The notes under the pieces are model-generated. The model was not told the DNA's origin. It made no database searches and saw only the letters and a program-made list of their open reading frames with translations. From positions 1 through 24,068 of IMG/VR virus record IMGVR_UViG_2778261544_000011: a DNA stretch of 24,068 nt. One strand, given 5' to 3'. Every line of letters starts with the position of its first letter. Position 1 is the first letter of the stretch. A program made the translations under genes and the position numbers. The stretch is from a virus (taxonomy: Duplodnaviria; Heunggongvirae; Uroviricota; Caudoviricetes). Positions 1 to 8,393 of this stretch are shown here, piece after piece.

Positions 1-70
1 ATGAAGATTTTAGCTAACTTTATTGGTGAGGTTTTACCTCACTCCTTACCAAGGTTTTTCTCCCAACTAA

Positions 71-110
71 AGCCCCGCATCGTTCCCCCGGTCGGGGCTT
101 GTTCTTATAT
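71..110 (+). terminator. Possible intrinsic terminator-like hairpin (AGCCCCG...CGGGGCT) followed by a moderately T-rich tract
   Basis: Inverted repeat at 71-77/91-97 followed by tgttcttatatttg; no plus-strand gene visible upstream inside the window. Confidence 0.25.
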
Positions 111-219
111 TTGTCTGTGTAAAATCTAATTTTGCGTCCTGCTACTTTTATAATTTGTTCTTTGCCTGATATTCTAAACATCATGTTATGTTTGTATTTA
201 GAGTCTTATCAATGTAAAT

Positions 220-259
220 AATTTTATTTTTTGAAAAATGAGGGGCATAAGCCCCTCAT
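220..259 (-). terminator. Rho-independent terminator downstream of the major head gene
   Basis: Hairpin ATGAGGGGC-ATAA-GCCCCTCAT at 238-259; on the minus strand it is followed by TTTTTCAAAAAATAAAAT, immediately after the CDS stop at 265. Confidence 0.6.
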
Positions 260-264
260 AGTTA

Positions 265-1161
265 TCAGATGAATGGTGAAACAATAATTTCCACGCGCTT
301 ATAATTAGGATTGTCTTCTCCGTTATCCAGATACTGACGTAACAGCAGTTTTTCCGCTGCGGCTCTTAACGATACGGGGACTACAATAACAGTAGGCACG
401 ATTCCCAATGGTTCACCGCTACTTCCCTTAACGGATAACATCCCGTCGTACACTTCATTAAATGTGGTTTCATTCAGTGTATCCCATGATGCCGCTGCGC
501 ATTGCCACATTGCATATCCAACGTTAAGACGCCCATCAACACCAAACAGAAAACGATTATTCAGAAACACATCAGTAGCGCCGGAATCAGTAACAGAAGT
601 TACAGCCATTGGACGACGAACTTGATAAATAAAAGGTTTCAATCCTTGACTACCATCAAATAAGTACCATAACGGCGTTGCACCTGCGTTTTTTTCTGGA
701 TTGCTTCCATAGAGGTTTGAATAAACGCCTTCACCATTAGGATGGTCAGTAGCAAAGAAGTTGTGCCCGTCAATTCCTTCTGATAAGTGCCCTTTCTTCA
801 TAGCTTCAAACAGTAACTTATCAGGGAATGCAGCTGCTTTGCGCCCGTACTGTTCAAAAACCATTGAATACTTACCATAATCATTATCTTCAAAATCCTC
901 ACGTTTAATTTGAATGCTGCTTTCAAACGTTTTATTTTTCAGAAAATAATCACGGGTTGACAGTGATTTTAACTGTCGGTCGTTTAACCACTCTTTGATT
1001 TCCGGGAAATCTTCGAGGAAGCCATAAGCACTAACTGCCGATGAAGACGTTACTTCTGAAGCAATCGTTGGATGTACAGGATTGTAGGCTTTTTTTCCTG
1101 ATTCAAACCTGGCATTAAAAGCGATAGTAGCATCAGCAATTACACAATTAATATCTTTCAT
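265..1161 (-). CDS. Mu-like prophage major head subunit (gpT-like)
   Basis: 298-aa ORF; sequence recalled as resembling Mu-like gpT major capsid proteins; lies directly downstream of an I-like protease gene with a small overlap, the Mu head-gene order. Confidence 0.6.
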   Translation of the reverse strand: MKDINCVIADATIAFNARFESGKKAYNPVHPTIASEVTSSSAVSAYGFLEDFPEIKEWLNDRQLKSLSTRDYFLKNKTFESSIQIKREDFEDNDYGKYSMVFEQYGRKAAAFPDKLLFEAMKKGHLSEGIDGHNFFATDHPNGEGVYSNLYGSNPEKNAGATPLWYLFDGSQGLKPFIYQVRRPMAVTSVTDSGATDVFLNNRFLFGVDGRLNVGYAMWQCAAASWDTLNETTFNEVYDGMLSVKGSSGEPLGIVPTVIVVPVSLRAAAEKLLLRQYLDNGEDNPNYKRVEIIVSPFI

Positions 1162-1972
1162 TTTCTTTTCCTAAAGCTATCAAATAGTCTTCTTCGCTTA
1201 CACCTGTAATGCGGCAAACAGCCAGTTGCGATTCAGTAAGCGTTCTCGGGGGTTCTTTACCTTTTACACTTACAGCCCTAGCAAAGTGTAAAAAATTACT
1301 CGTCGATTTTTCCTGCATATCAGCAAACTTCCTGAATGCATTTTCTCCAACACTTGAACACATGGACAGAAGAATATTCCGCTGGGCCGGACAGAAAACG
1401 GCTTTTTCGATATATTCATTTACAATCTGACTATGTTGTTCAGCTTGTCTTTTATTTAACGCTGTCAGCACTTCTTCAAGTGAATTAATCTCCTCCATGT
1501 TAAGTGCCAGTGCGATTTTGCTAATCGTTTGCTGAGTATTTAGTGCCGTTAGTTTTAGATTTGGTTTATTCGTTAACGCCACGCTAACGAGTTCCAGTAT
1601 TTCACCATCCTGAGAATGACGGAAAGCCGGTGAAAGGTATCTGTATTCACGGGATGTGATGAAATCTATTGCTCGTGGGGTCCATTCAACTTTTCCCCAT
1701 ACAGAACCATCATTACGAACAGCAACGTCATTAATCCATCCGGCGGCAGGAGCCTCGCCACCTTTGGGGGCAGTAACTTCTGTAGAATGTTCATAATCAA
1801 CAACCAGCGACATCCCCCGACCAGAAAACGCCTGTTTAATGCTCTGCGGATCCTTGAGCGTCCAGTGCCTTCCGTCACGCCCTTTAATTTCTGGTCCAGC
1901 TGGTAACAACTCAACCCATTCAGGAGGAGTCTTATCACCCGACAAATCAGTACATAAAGCAATTACGTTCAT
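1148..1972 (-). CDS. Mu-like prophage protein I-like (head maturation protease/scaffold family)
   Basis: ORF 1148-2005; the codon at 2005 is TTG, so the preferred start is the ATG at 1972 preceded by AGAGGAA; resemblance to Mu-like protease I family from memory; overlaps the gpT-like gene. Confidence 0.5.
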   Translation of the reverse strand: MNVIALCTDLSGDKTPPEWVELLPAGPEIKGRDGRHWTLKDPQSIKQAFSGRGMSLVVDYEHSTEVTAPKGGEAPAAGWINDVAVRNDGSVWGKVEWTPRAIDFITSREYRYLSPAFRHSQDGEILELVSVALTNKPNLKLTALNTQQTISKIALALNMEEINSLEEVLTALNKRQAEQHSQIVNEYIEKAVFCPAQRNILLSMCSSVGENAFRKFADMQEKSTSNFLHFARAVSVKGKEPPRTLTESQLAVCRITGVSEEDYLIALGKENERY

Positions 1973-1997
1973 TAGTTCCTCTGTTATTGAGTTAACC

Positions 1998-2038
1998 CCC
2001 TTCAAAACCCCTTCAAAAACGCCGTAGCGCCTTCAAAG
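1998..2038. repeat. Three direct copies of CC(C)TTCAAA(A) across the start region of the I-like gene
   Basis: cccttcaaaa (1998-2007), cccttcaaaaa (2008-2018), gccttcaaag (2029-2038) read directly from sequence. Confidence 0.5.
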
Positions 2039-2200
2039 ATATGAAGGTAAGGTGTTTGCCCATCATGAGCCAAAACACAGCCGTAATGCGTTTGAGGCAA
2101 TTCACATTTGTTAGGTGCGAAATACCCCTGATTCTATATTCATGCATTAAGTGTTTTGCTGTCAGCATCATTAGCAAATGTTCATTGCTTATCATTAACG

Positions 2201-2929
2201 TTAATTTAAGCCATAATCGCCAATGAGCGCCCTTACATGTTTTATTGTTGTGTATATCGATTTACCAGACTCTCCATACTTAATAGCCAGTTCAGCAGGA
2301 GACATAACATAACTATCTGCATACATATCTGCTTTTTTTATTATTCTACTCAGTGAGTCGGCCTTAGGTAAATAAAACTGGATTCCGCCTACAACTTCCA
2401 GAAATGCTTTTGTTGCAATAAATGTTTTTGTCGTGCCATTTACTTCTTCTTGTGGGTCTACTCCAGTTTTTTTTAATGCCGCCTCAATAGCCCCCATAAT
2501 CATAGTCACACTTTCTGGAAGAATCTTTGTTTCTTTTCTCAATAAAGCGATAATAGCAGTTTTGCGGATATGCTTAATCGGACCACCACTAAAAAAATCC
2601 GGTTCAAATTTCATTGCGTCAAGATAGAATGTTTGTTTTCCGCAAATAGACATAAATTCATTAAAGAGAGCGGTGCCTGCGACATTACAAAAAACATCAA
2701 TTTCGCACTCGCCACTCTGTTCATGTTTCACTGCGTGAAATTGTTTTTCAATCAATTTCACATGCTCACTGACTTCATTATAATTACATGCATATCCCAT
2801 TTTACTGATATAAGACATAACATCACAGATATCACGAGAAAAGCATGAAGAAACAATGAATTTATTTATCGCTGTAATATCATTGTGTGGCGGCGTTAAC
2901 ATGAGATTTTTAAAGGTTTGTTTAGCCAT
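2201..2929 (-). CDS. Hypothetical protein, AT-rich orphan gene (243 aa from the ATG at 2929)
   Basis: ORF 2201-3058; internal ATG at 2929 is preceded by GAGAAG; visibly AT-rich relative to flanking phage genes; no family recognised. Confidence 0.5.
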   Translation of the reverse strand: MAKQTFKNLMLTPPHNDITAINKFIVSSCFSRDICDVMSYISKMGYACNYNEVSEHVKLIEKQFHAVKHEQSGECEIDVFCNVAGTALFNEFMSICGKQTFYLDAMKFEPDFFSGGPIKHIRKTAIIALLRKETKILPESVTMIMGAIEAALKKTGVDPQEEVNGTTKTFIATKAFLEVVGGIQFYLPKADSLSRIIKKADMYADSYVMSPAELAIKYGESGKSIYTTIKHVRALIGDYGLN

Positions 2930-3007
2930 TATCTTCTCGCTTAAGCTTTTGCATATACCTGTGTACATTTGAGCGCGATGCGCGGTAGCCAATGCTTGCA
3001 GCAAACT

Positions 3008-3047
3008 TAACGTTATCCGCAATGTTACGATAACGATTATTGCGGAT
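3008..3047. promoter_or_regulatory. Nested inverted repeats (TATCCGCAAT...ATTGCGGATA and CGTTATC...GATAACG), operator-like, upstream of the orphan gene
   Basis: Perfect 10-bp inverted repeat separated by about 15 bp, roughly 80-120 bp upstream of the 2929 start codon; not followed by a T-tract on either strand. Confidence 0.3.
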
Positions 3048-3189
3048 ATGGGAATCAAAAATAAGTTTATCCCCGATTGTGATAAAACATAATTTTTTCA
3101 AAAAAGAACCATCTCCGTTTGCTCCGGATGCTGTGAGATTACATGGGAATTTTGGGGAAGATAGATTTACCGTTTTCCATGAAGTATGC

Positions 3190-3194
3190 ACGGA
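3190..3194. repeat. 5-bp target site duplication ACGGA (left copy) flanking IS2
   Basis: acgga at 3190-3194 immediately outside the IS2 terminus at 3195; identical copy at 4526-4530. Confidence 0.85.
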
Positions 3195-3205
3195 TGGATT
3201 TGCCC

Positions 3206-4111
3206 CTATATTTCCAGACACCTGTTATCACTTAACCCATTACTGGCCTGCTGCCGTAGATATTCCCGTGGCGAGCGATAACCCAGTGCACTATGCGGAT
3301 GCCATTCGTTATAATGCTCGAACGCCTCTGCAAGGTTCTTTGCTGCCGTTAACCCGTCTGGTTTAGGCATGACACTGATGTAGTCACGCTTTATCGTTTT
3401 CACGAAGCTCTCTGCCATGCCGTTACTCTCCGGACTCCGCACCGCCGTGTTCTTCGGTTCAAGCCCCAACATCCGGGCAAACTGCCGTGTTTCATTAGCC
3501 CGGTAGCATGAACCATTATCCGTCAGCCACTCTACTGGAGACGCCGGAAGCTCGTTGCCGAAGCGGCGTTCCACCGCTCCCAGCATGACGTCCTGTACTG
3601 TTTCACTGTTGAAGCCGCCCGTAGTGACCGCCCAGTGCAGTGCCTCACGGTCACAGCAGTCCAGCGCGAACGTGACTCGCAGTTTTTCTCCGTTATCACA
3701 GCGGAACTCGAACCCGTCAGAGCACCATCGCTGATTACTTTCTTTCACAGCCACTCTGCCGGTATGTGCCCGTTTCGATGGCGGTACAGCGAGTTTTCGC
3801 TCAAGCAACAGCGCATTCTGGCGCATGATCCGGTAAATACGTTTGGCATTGATCGCAGGCATACCATCAAGTTCGGCCTGTCTGCGAAGCAGCGCCCATA
3901 CCCGACGATAACCATATGTGGGCAGCTCTCCGATAACATGGTGTATACGGAGAAGCACATCCGTATCATCTGAGTGACGGCTGCGGCGACCATCTTTCCA
4001 GTCATCGGTTCGTCTGAGAATGACGTGCAACTGCGCACGCGACACCCGGAGACAACGGCTGACTAAGCTTACTCCCCATCCCCGGGCAATAAGGGCGCGT
4101 GCGCTATCCAC
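3206..4111 (-). CDS. insD: IS2 transposase OrfB (InsD)
   Basis: 301-aa ORF recognised as IS2 InsD from memory; DDE integrase-type sequence; overlaps the upstream insC frame as expected for IS3-family frameshifting. Confidence 0.9.
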
Positions 4112-4434
4112 TTTTTTGCACGCCCATATTCCACGGCTTCTTTAAGGAGTTCATTTTCCATCGTTTTTTTGCCGAGCAGGCGCTGGAGTTCTTTAATCTG
4201 CTTCATGGCAGCAGCAAGTTCAGAGGCAGGAACGACCTGTTCTCCTGCGGCCACAGCAGTAAGACTTCCCTCCTGGTATTGCTTGCGCCAGAGAAATAAC
4301 TGGCTGGCTGCCACACCGTGTTGCCGGGCTACAAGGGAGACCGTCATTCCCGGTTCAAAACTCTGCTGAACAATAGCGATCTTTTCCTGTGTAGTACGCC
4401 GTCTGCGTTTCTCCGGTCCTAAGACATCAATCAT
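4069..4434 (-). CDS. insC: IS2 transposase OrfA (InsC), helix-turn-helix protein
   Basis: ORF 4069-4479; start placed at [12 protein letters not shown] (ATG at 4434), giving 121 aa as in IS2 InsC. Confidence 0.85.
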
Positions 4435-4525
4435 CTGCTCTCCAATGACTAGTCTAAAAACTAGTATTAAGACTATCACTTATTTAAGTGATATTGGTTG
4501 TCTGGAGATTCAGGGGGCCAGTCTA

Positions 4526-4530
4526 ACGGA
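4526..4530. repeat. 5-bp target site duplication ACGGA (right copy) flanking IS2
   Basis: acgga at 4526-4530 immediately outside the IS2 terminus at 4525. Confidence 0.85.
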
Positions 4531-4552
4531 TATGTGCAGCAAGTGGTAGGCA

Positions 4553-4577
4553 ATAAAAAAGCCGCACGGGGCGGCTT
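4553..4577 (-). terminator. Rho-independent terminator directly downstream of the gp27-like gene
   Basis: Minus-strand reading: AGCCGC-cccgt-GCGGC followed by TTTTTTATT, starting about 8 nt after the stop codon at 4586. Confidence 0.5.
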
Positions 4578-4585
4578 TGGGATAG

Positions 4586-4948
4586 TTAATGTTTTTCGAG
4601 AAACTCTAACACTCGTTCAAGTCTGGTCCCTAATCTGTCTATCTTTGATTCAAGTTTATCAAGTCTCCTGTGCAGTTCGGCATGCTTATAACGGCGAGAC
4701 ACTTCTCCATGTTTCCTGGCTACCGAAACAGCATTGATTAAACTAATCGCATATCTGTTCAATCCGGTTTTGGATATGACCAGTTCTGAACACCCGGCTA
4801 TTACTATATCCTGATTTATGATATTTAAAATTTCAGCCTGAGAATACTTACGCGAGATAAGCATTTTATCAAGCTTCCTTTTTGTCTTTTCAGGCAGTAA
4901 TTCAACTTTTGAAAGTCTGCCTCGTTTGTTTTTTGTTTGATTTTCCAC
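4586..4948 (-). CDS. Mu gp27-like (DUF3486-type) protein, putative small terminase/DNA-binding packaging protein
   Basis: 120-aa ORF; N-terminal [18 protein letters not shown]... pattern resembles Mu-like gp27 family proteins (recalled, unverified). Confidence 0.4.
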   Translation of the reverse strand: MENQTKNKRGRLSKVELLPEKTKRKLDKMLISRKYSQAEILNIINQDIVIAGCSELVISKTGLNRYAISLINAVSVARKHGEVSRRYKHAELHRRLDKLESKIDRLGTRLERVLEFLEKH

Positions 4949-4972
4949 TTACACCCTCACAAAAAAACATGA

Positions 4973-5254
4973 TCACTCATCACTTTGTTGGTCACAATAT
5001 TCTACTAACCGAGACATGCATTCAATAAGAGCAGGTGCTGATTGTAAGAACCCTGCCAATCGGGATATTTCCTCACCAGAATAACCACATCCCCCTCGCA
5101 ACTGATTTTCTTCCAGAAACCTACCAACAAAAGTAATCCCATTCAGTAAACTTTCTCTATGCCAGTCAGCATCAACACGTAAACCCCAGCGGCTTTCTTT
5201 GTCAGGCATGCTATTCGCGACTGCTTTCATTGACTCAAGCAAATGATTACGCAT
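4973..5254 (-). CDS. Hypothetical small protein (93 aa)
   Basis: ORF 4973-5335; ATG at 5254 preceded by strong AAGGAGG; start overlaps the stop of the upstream gene (ATGCGTAA). Confidence 0.45.
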   Translation of the reverse strand: MRNHLLESMKAVANSMPDKESRWGLRVDADWHRESLLNGITFVGRFLEENQLRGGCGYSGEEISRLAGFLQSAPALIECMSRLVEYCDQQSDE

Positions 5255-5444
5255 GGCGCACCTCCTTAGCCGGGACGCGGCCAGCAAACAGCAACACAAA
5301 ATCACGCGCCAGCATACGGCGGGCGGTTGTTTCATCGGGTGCGTTGACGGATTCGCGGTGTGGGCGGTCGTTCAGGTCGGAGCGGCGAACGACCAGAAAG
5401 TGAAAGGTAAATTCAGGGTGTAACGGGGTTGGGGTCGTAGCCAT
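5247..5444 (-). CDS. Hypothetical small protein (65 aa)
   Basis: ORF 5247-5636 (first codon GTG); ATG at 5444 preceded by strong AAGGAGG; upstream part of the ORF lacks an SD. Confidence 0.4.
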   Translation of the reverse strand: MATTPTPLHPEFTFHFLVVRRSDLNDRPHRESVNAPDETTARRMLARDFVLLFAGRVPAKEVRHA

Positions 5445-5990
5445 TCTGGCAGCCTCCTTGTACTGGTTTAAGGAGTCACCGCCTGAGTTGCTACGCTCAT
5501 AAATGGCGGTGACGCTGGCGGGGGTAGCAATACCGGCGTACAAGGAAACCGGCCAGCCTTTCGGCTGCCCCACCAGCGCCACCATAGATACAGTGCGGGC
5601 CTTGCCGCTGGGTATGGTTGCGCGATGGCATGACACAAAAAAAGACGCTGGGCGCGTCTGTGTCGCCTTGTACTGATTAAACGGGTTGCTACGCCCGATA
5701 CTCGATTCTGCCGAGTACTTTTATAAAATATCAACAACAGAATGAGTTGGCAAGTGTCTGTACGCATCAGCTATACAATGCATAAAAATACAACACACAA
5801 AGCTCATTACACATGAATTATCACACCAATTGGTTAATATCAATAAGCGACAATCATTGTATATGATACTGATTTTTATCATGTTTTACACATAAACTAG
5901 ACATTAACTGAGTTAATTTCATTGTTAATTGATATGATCCACGATTAAGAATGGCTACTTTTCGCCAAGGAATTTGCTACCCCTTACCAA

Positions 5991-6372
5991 TTATCTTGAA
6001 TAAGATAGCTTAACATACACAAATTATTTTCTTTTACCCAATACGCCACACCACCAGAGATGCGAAAAATTCACTTTAAAATCAATTTGATACACAAAAA
6101 GCAAAAACGAACACACAAAGGAAAAGATTTGTTTTTCCAGAAAAGACAAAAGAAAGCACTCCTGGATGTTCCAAGCGGCAAAGTCAAGGGCTATAGCGAA
6201 TTTGAAGCGCTTTAAAACATTCAAAACACACATCACCATTATCTTGATTGTTTTTTCGATTTTGGATAGTTGCGCTATTTGTGACCACGTTTATCTTGAA
6301 TAGTGTTATCCGTAAGTTGTTGATACCCGGCTATTCCCGTCTTTACTAATCTCTTCCCGCTTATCTTGAATA
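5991..6372. repeat. Four direct copies of TTATCTTGA(A/T)T(A) in an AT-rich intergenic region
   Basis: Copies at 5991-6002, 6239-6250 (ttatcttgattg), 6291-6302 and 6361-6372; the last abuts the stop of the GT-A-like gene. Confidence 0.6.
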
Positions 6373-6374
6373 AA

Positions 6375-7208
6375 TTACCTAGTCATATGAAGGATTTTTA
6401 CTGCAGCGTTGTTCCAGGTGACCTGATGGTGAATGCGTTTATGGCTGGCACCCATCAGTGAGATTTTTACGCACGACGGCGCATACATGACGGAATAAAA
6501 ACTTTTAACGTAGGTTCCGGAATCCAGATACAGCTCGGTCATTCCGCCGCTGTTTTTCTGCGTCTGTTTCTGCCCTAACTGGACAGCACCGATCGTCATA
6601 AACAATTCACCACGGCGACCGAGATTCGTGTACGTATTCACATCCTCGTTAATGCGCCCCATGAATGAGAACGGTCGATCAACCGAACAGATAAAGCTGT
6701 TCATTGCCTTGCGTTTCACCCATGAAGCATGGCCGCCATTGTCACCAAGAAAATCCCCGCCCTGCGACATAGCGATGGAAAGCGCAGGAATTGATTCGTA
6801 ATACGCCAGCATTTCAGAAAGGATCGCATCCAGTTTCCTTATCGGAAAATAGGCCTGGTCATAGTTGCGATCCACCCGAAACTGAAACTCGTGATAATCA
6901 TCATCGAGCTGAATGAAGTATTTACACCCGACCTTTTTTGCCAGGTCGAAACAGGCATTACGGGCGTAAAAAATTGAGCGACGATCACCGAAATTATCGG
7001 CTTCGTCAAAACGACTGGCGATTTCGGCTTTGGAAAACACCAGCACCTGTTCACCAAATTCTGCTATGTACTGATGCCGGGTTTTATCTTCATCATCAAC
7101 GACGATAAAAATTTTCCCTGTATAGCCAGCACGACGCAAAGTCCGGTAAGTCAGAACTTTGTCCGGTCGCCCATGAGTCAGAATAAAGGCGCAAAAATCA
7201 TCACGCAT
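6375..7208 (-). CDS. Nucleotide-diphospho-sugar transferase (GT-A)-like fold protein, function unknown
   Basis: ORF 6375-7226; ATG at 7208 preceded by GGGGAGGAGG; N-terminal FILTHGRPD...IFIVVDDED and later IQLDDDY resemble GT-A/NTP-transferase DxD-type motifs; no C-terminal transmembrane segment; start abuts the ParB-like stop (ATGCGTGA). Confidence 0.55.
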   Translation of the reverse strand: MRDDFCAFILTHGRPDKVLTYRTLRRAGYTGKIFIVVDDEDKTRHQYIAEFGEQVLVFSKAEIASRFDEADNFGDRRSIFYARNACFDLAKKVGCKYFIQLDDDYHEFQFRVDRNYDQAYFPIRKLDAILSEMLAYYESIPALSIAMSQGGDFLGDNGGHASWVKRKAMNSFICSVDRPFSFMGRINEDVNTYTNLGRRGELFMTIGAVQLGQKQTQKNSGGMTELYLDSGTYVKSFYSVMYAPSCVKISLMGASHKRIHHQVTWNNAAVKILHMTR

Positions 7209-7989
7209 ATTCCTCCTCCCCGCCATGCATGATCTCCACCATGCACTGCGTCATCCGGACAAAACCATTTTCAATAGCCTGCTGATAATCAATGATCACC
7301 AGTGCCGACTCTTCGAAAAGCGCCTGAACTTCAGCGGGCGCATGAGCGTAATAGTCCGCAATTCTGCTGAAATTAAATACTGTGTGGCGTTCTGCCGCAC
7401 ACAGGAGGAATTTTTCGATATCAGGCTCAAGGGACGCCGAACGTATCCGGCTGACCAGCTCCTGAGTTTTCGTATCGTCGTACAGTTCGCCGATATCCGG
7501 TTTATCGCCCGACGGCTCATAAACAGGCGTATCAATTTTCGTCGTGTACGGCTCCTCCTCATTTCCTGTACCTGGCAAAACATCCGTCAACAGTTCATCA
7601 ATTTCTGTCGGGCTGAATCCTGTCAGGGAGATATCAAAATCAGCATTGATTAGGTCCGACAGCTCCATCCGTAACAGATCTTCATCCCAGCCAGCATTCA
7701 TCGGCAGGCGATTATCTGCCAGGCGGTACGCCTTTTTCTGCTCATCCGTCAGGCCAGACAGAACAATGACCGGAACAGAATCCATTTTGAGCATTTCAGC
7801 CGCCATAACACGACCGTGACCTGCAATAATTTCGCCCTTTTCATCAATCAGCACCGGATTAGTCCAGCCGAATTGCTTAATGCTTTCTACCAGTTGTGCC
7901 ACCTGCTCAGGGCTGTGTGTCCTGGCATTGTGTGCATACGGAGACAGTTCTTGTAACGGGCGATAGACGATTTTCAATTTCTCGCTCAT
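7201..7989 (-). CDS. ParB-like nuclease domain (ParB/Srx fold) protein
   Basis: 262-aa ORF; N-terminal region with ParB N-domain-like motifs (…LSPYAHNART…GHGRVMAA…); ATG at 7989 preceded by GCGAGG. Confidence 0.7.
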   Translation of the reverse strand: MSEKLKIVYRPLQELSPYAHNARTHSPEQVAQLVESIKQFGWTNPVLIDEKGEIIAGHGRVMAAEMLKMDSVPVIVLSGLTDEQKKAYRLADNRLPMNAGWDEDLLRMELSDLINADFDISLTGFSPTEIDELLTDVLPGTGNEEEPYTTKIDTPVYEPSGDKPDIGELYDDTKTQELVSRIRSASLEPDIEKFLLCAAERHTVFNFSRIADYYAHAPAEVQALFEESALVIIDYQQAIENGFVRMTQCMVEIMHGGEEEYA

Positions 7990-8109
7990 ACAGCCTCGCT
8001 TTATGAATAAAAAAGCCCGCTATCGGCCAGTGCGCTGGGTGCGCGGCGGGTGCTGATAACGAGCTTTGACATTATCGCAGCCCCTCACACTGAAGGGCTG
8101 CTGTAATGC

Positions 8110-8220
8110 CTGTTACTCACGAATCAAACGAGCATGCTGACCACTCATTTCAATGCGTAAGTATTGTGGCTTGCCGTCAATCAACGCGGTGATTAACTTG
8201 TCACCTGTAGGTTTCCACAT
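8110..8220 (-). CDS. Hypothetical 36-aa protein (MWKPTGDKLITALIDGKPQYLRIEMSGQHARLIRE)
   Basis: Hand-translated; below the ORF-track size cutoff; ATG at 8220 preceded by AGGAGA at good spacing; followed by a hairpin at 8079-8103. Confidence 0.3.
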
Positions 8221-8393
8221 AATTTTCTCCTGTTTTAATGCCCCTTGCCGCCGGGCAGTTGATCAAAGTTCATCTTGATTCGGCAAGATTTAGAATGAAT
8301 AAGATAAAATTGGCACACGCAGCAGAATTTCATGCTTTCCGGACGCTGGTGCACCCTTCATTTTTCAGCAAAATATTCTGCTATTACAGGCGA

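Larger units (their letters stand above)
3195..4525 (-). mobile_element. Insertion sequence IS2 (IS3 family), complete 1331-bp copy
   Basis: Characteristic imperfect ends: TGGATTTGCCCCTATATTTCCAGACA at 3195 and TAGACTGGCCCCCTGAATCTCCAGACAACC (reverse complement) ending at 4525; contains insC and insD reading frames; 1331-bp length matches IS2. Confidence 0.9.

Noticed and set aside
3040-3366. Plus-strand ORF (108 aa) spanning the IS2 boundary at 3195
   Set aside because: It crosses the IS2 terminal inverted repeat and runs antisense to insD; a chimeric frame created by the insertion, with no SD
5468-5767. Minus-strand 99-aa ORF and the upstream parts of ORFs 5247-5636 and 4973-5335
   Set aside because: Arg/Pro/Trp-rich translations typical of out-of-frame or non-coding GC-rich sequence; the convincing SD-ATG starts lie internally at 5444 and 5254
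6024-6239. Minus-strand 71-aa ORF in the AT-rich repeat region
   Set aside because: Lies in a low-complexity AT-rich intergenic region with hydrophobic, Phe/Leu-rich translation and no SD; most likely non-coding
5991-6372. Possible CRISPR array suggested by the repeated TTATCTTGAATA motif
   Set aside because: Repeats are only about 12 bp, irregularly spaced (248, 52 and 70 bp) and not of CRISPR repeat length or regularity; no cas genes nearby
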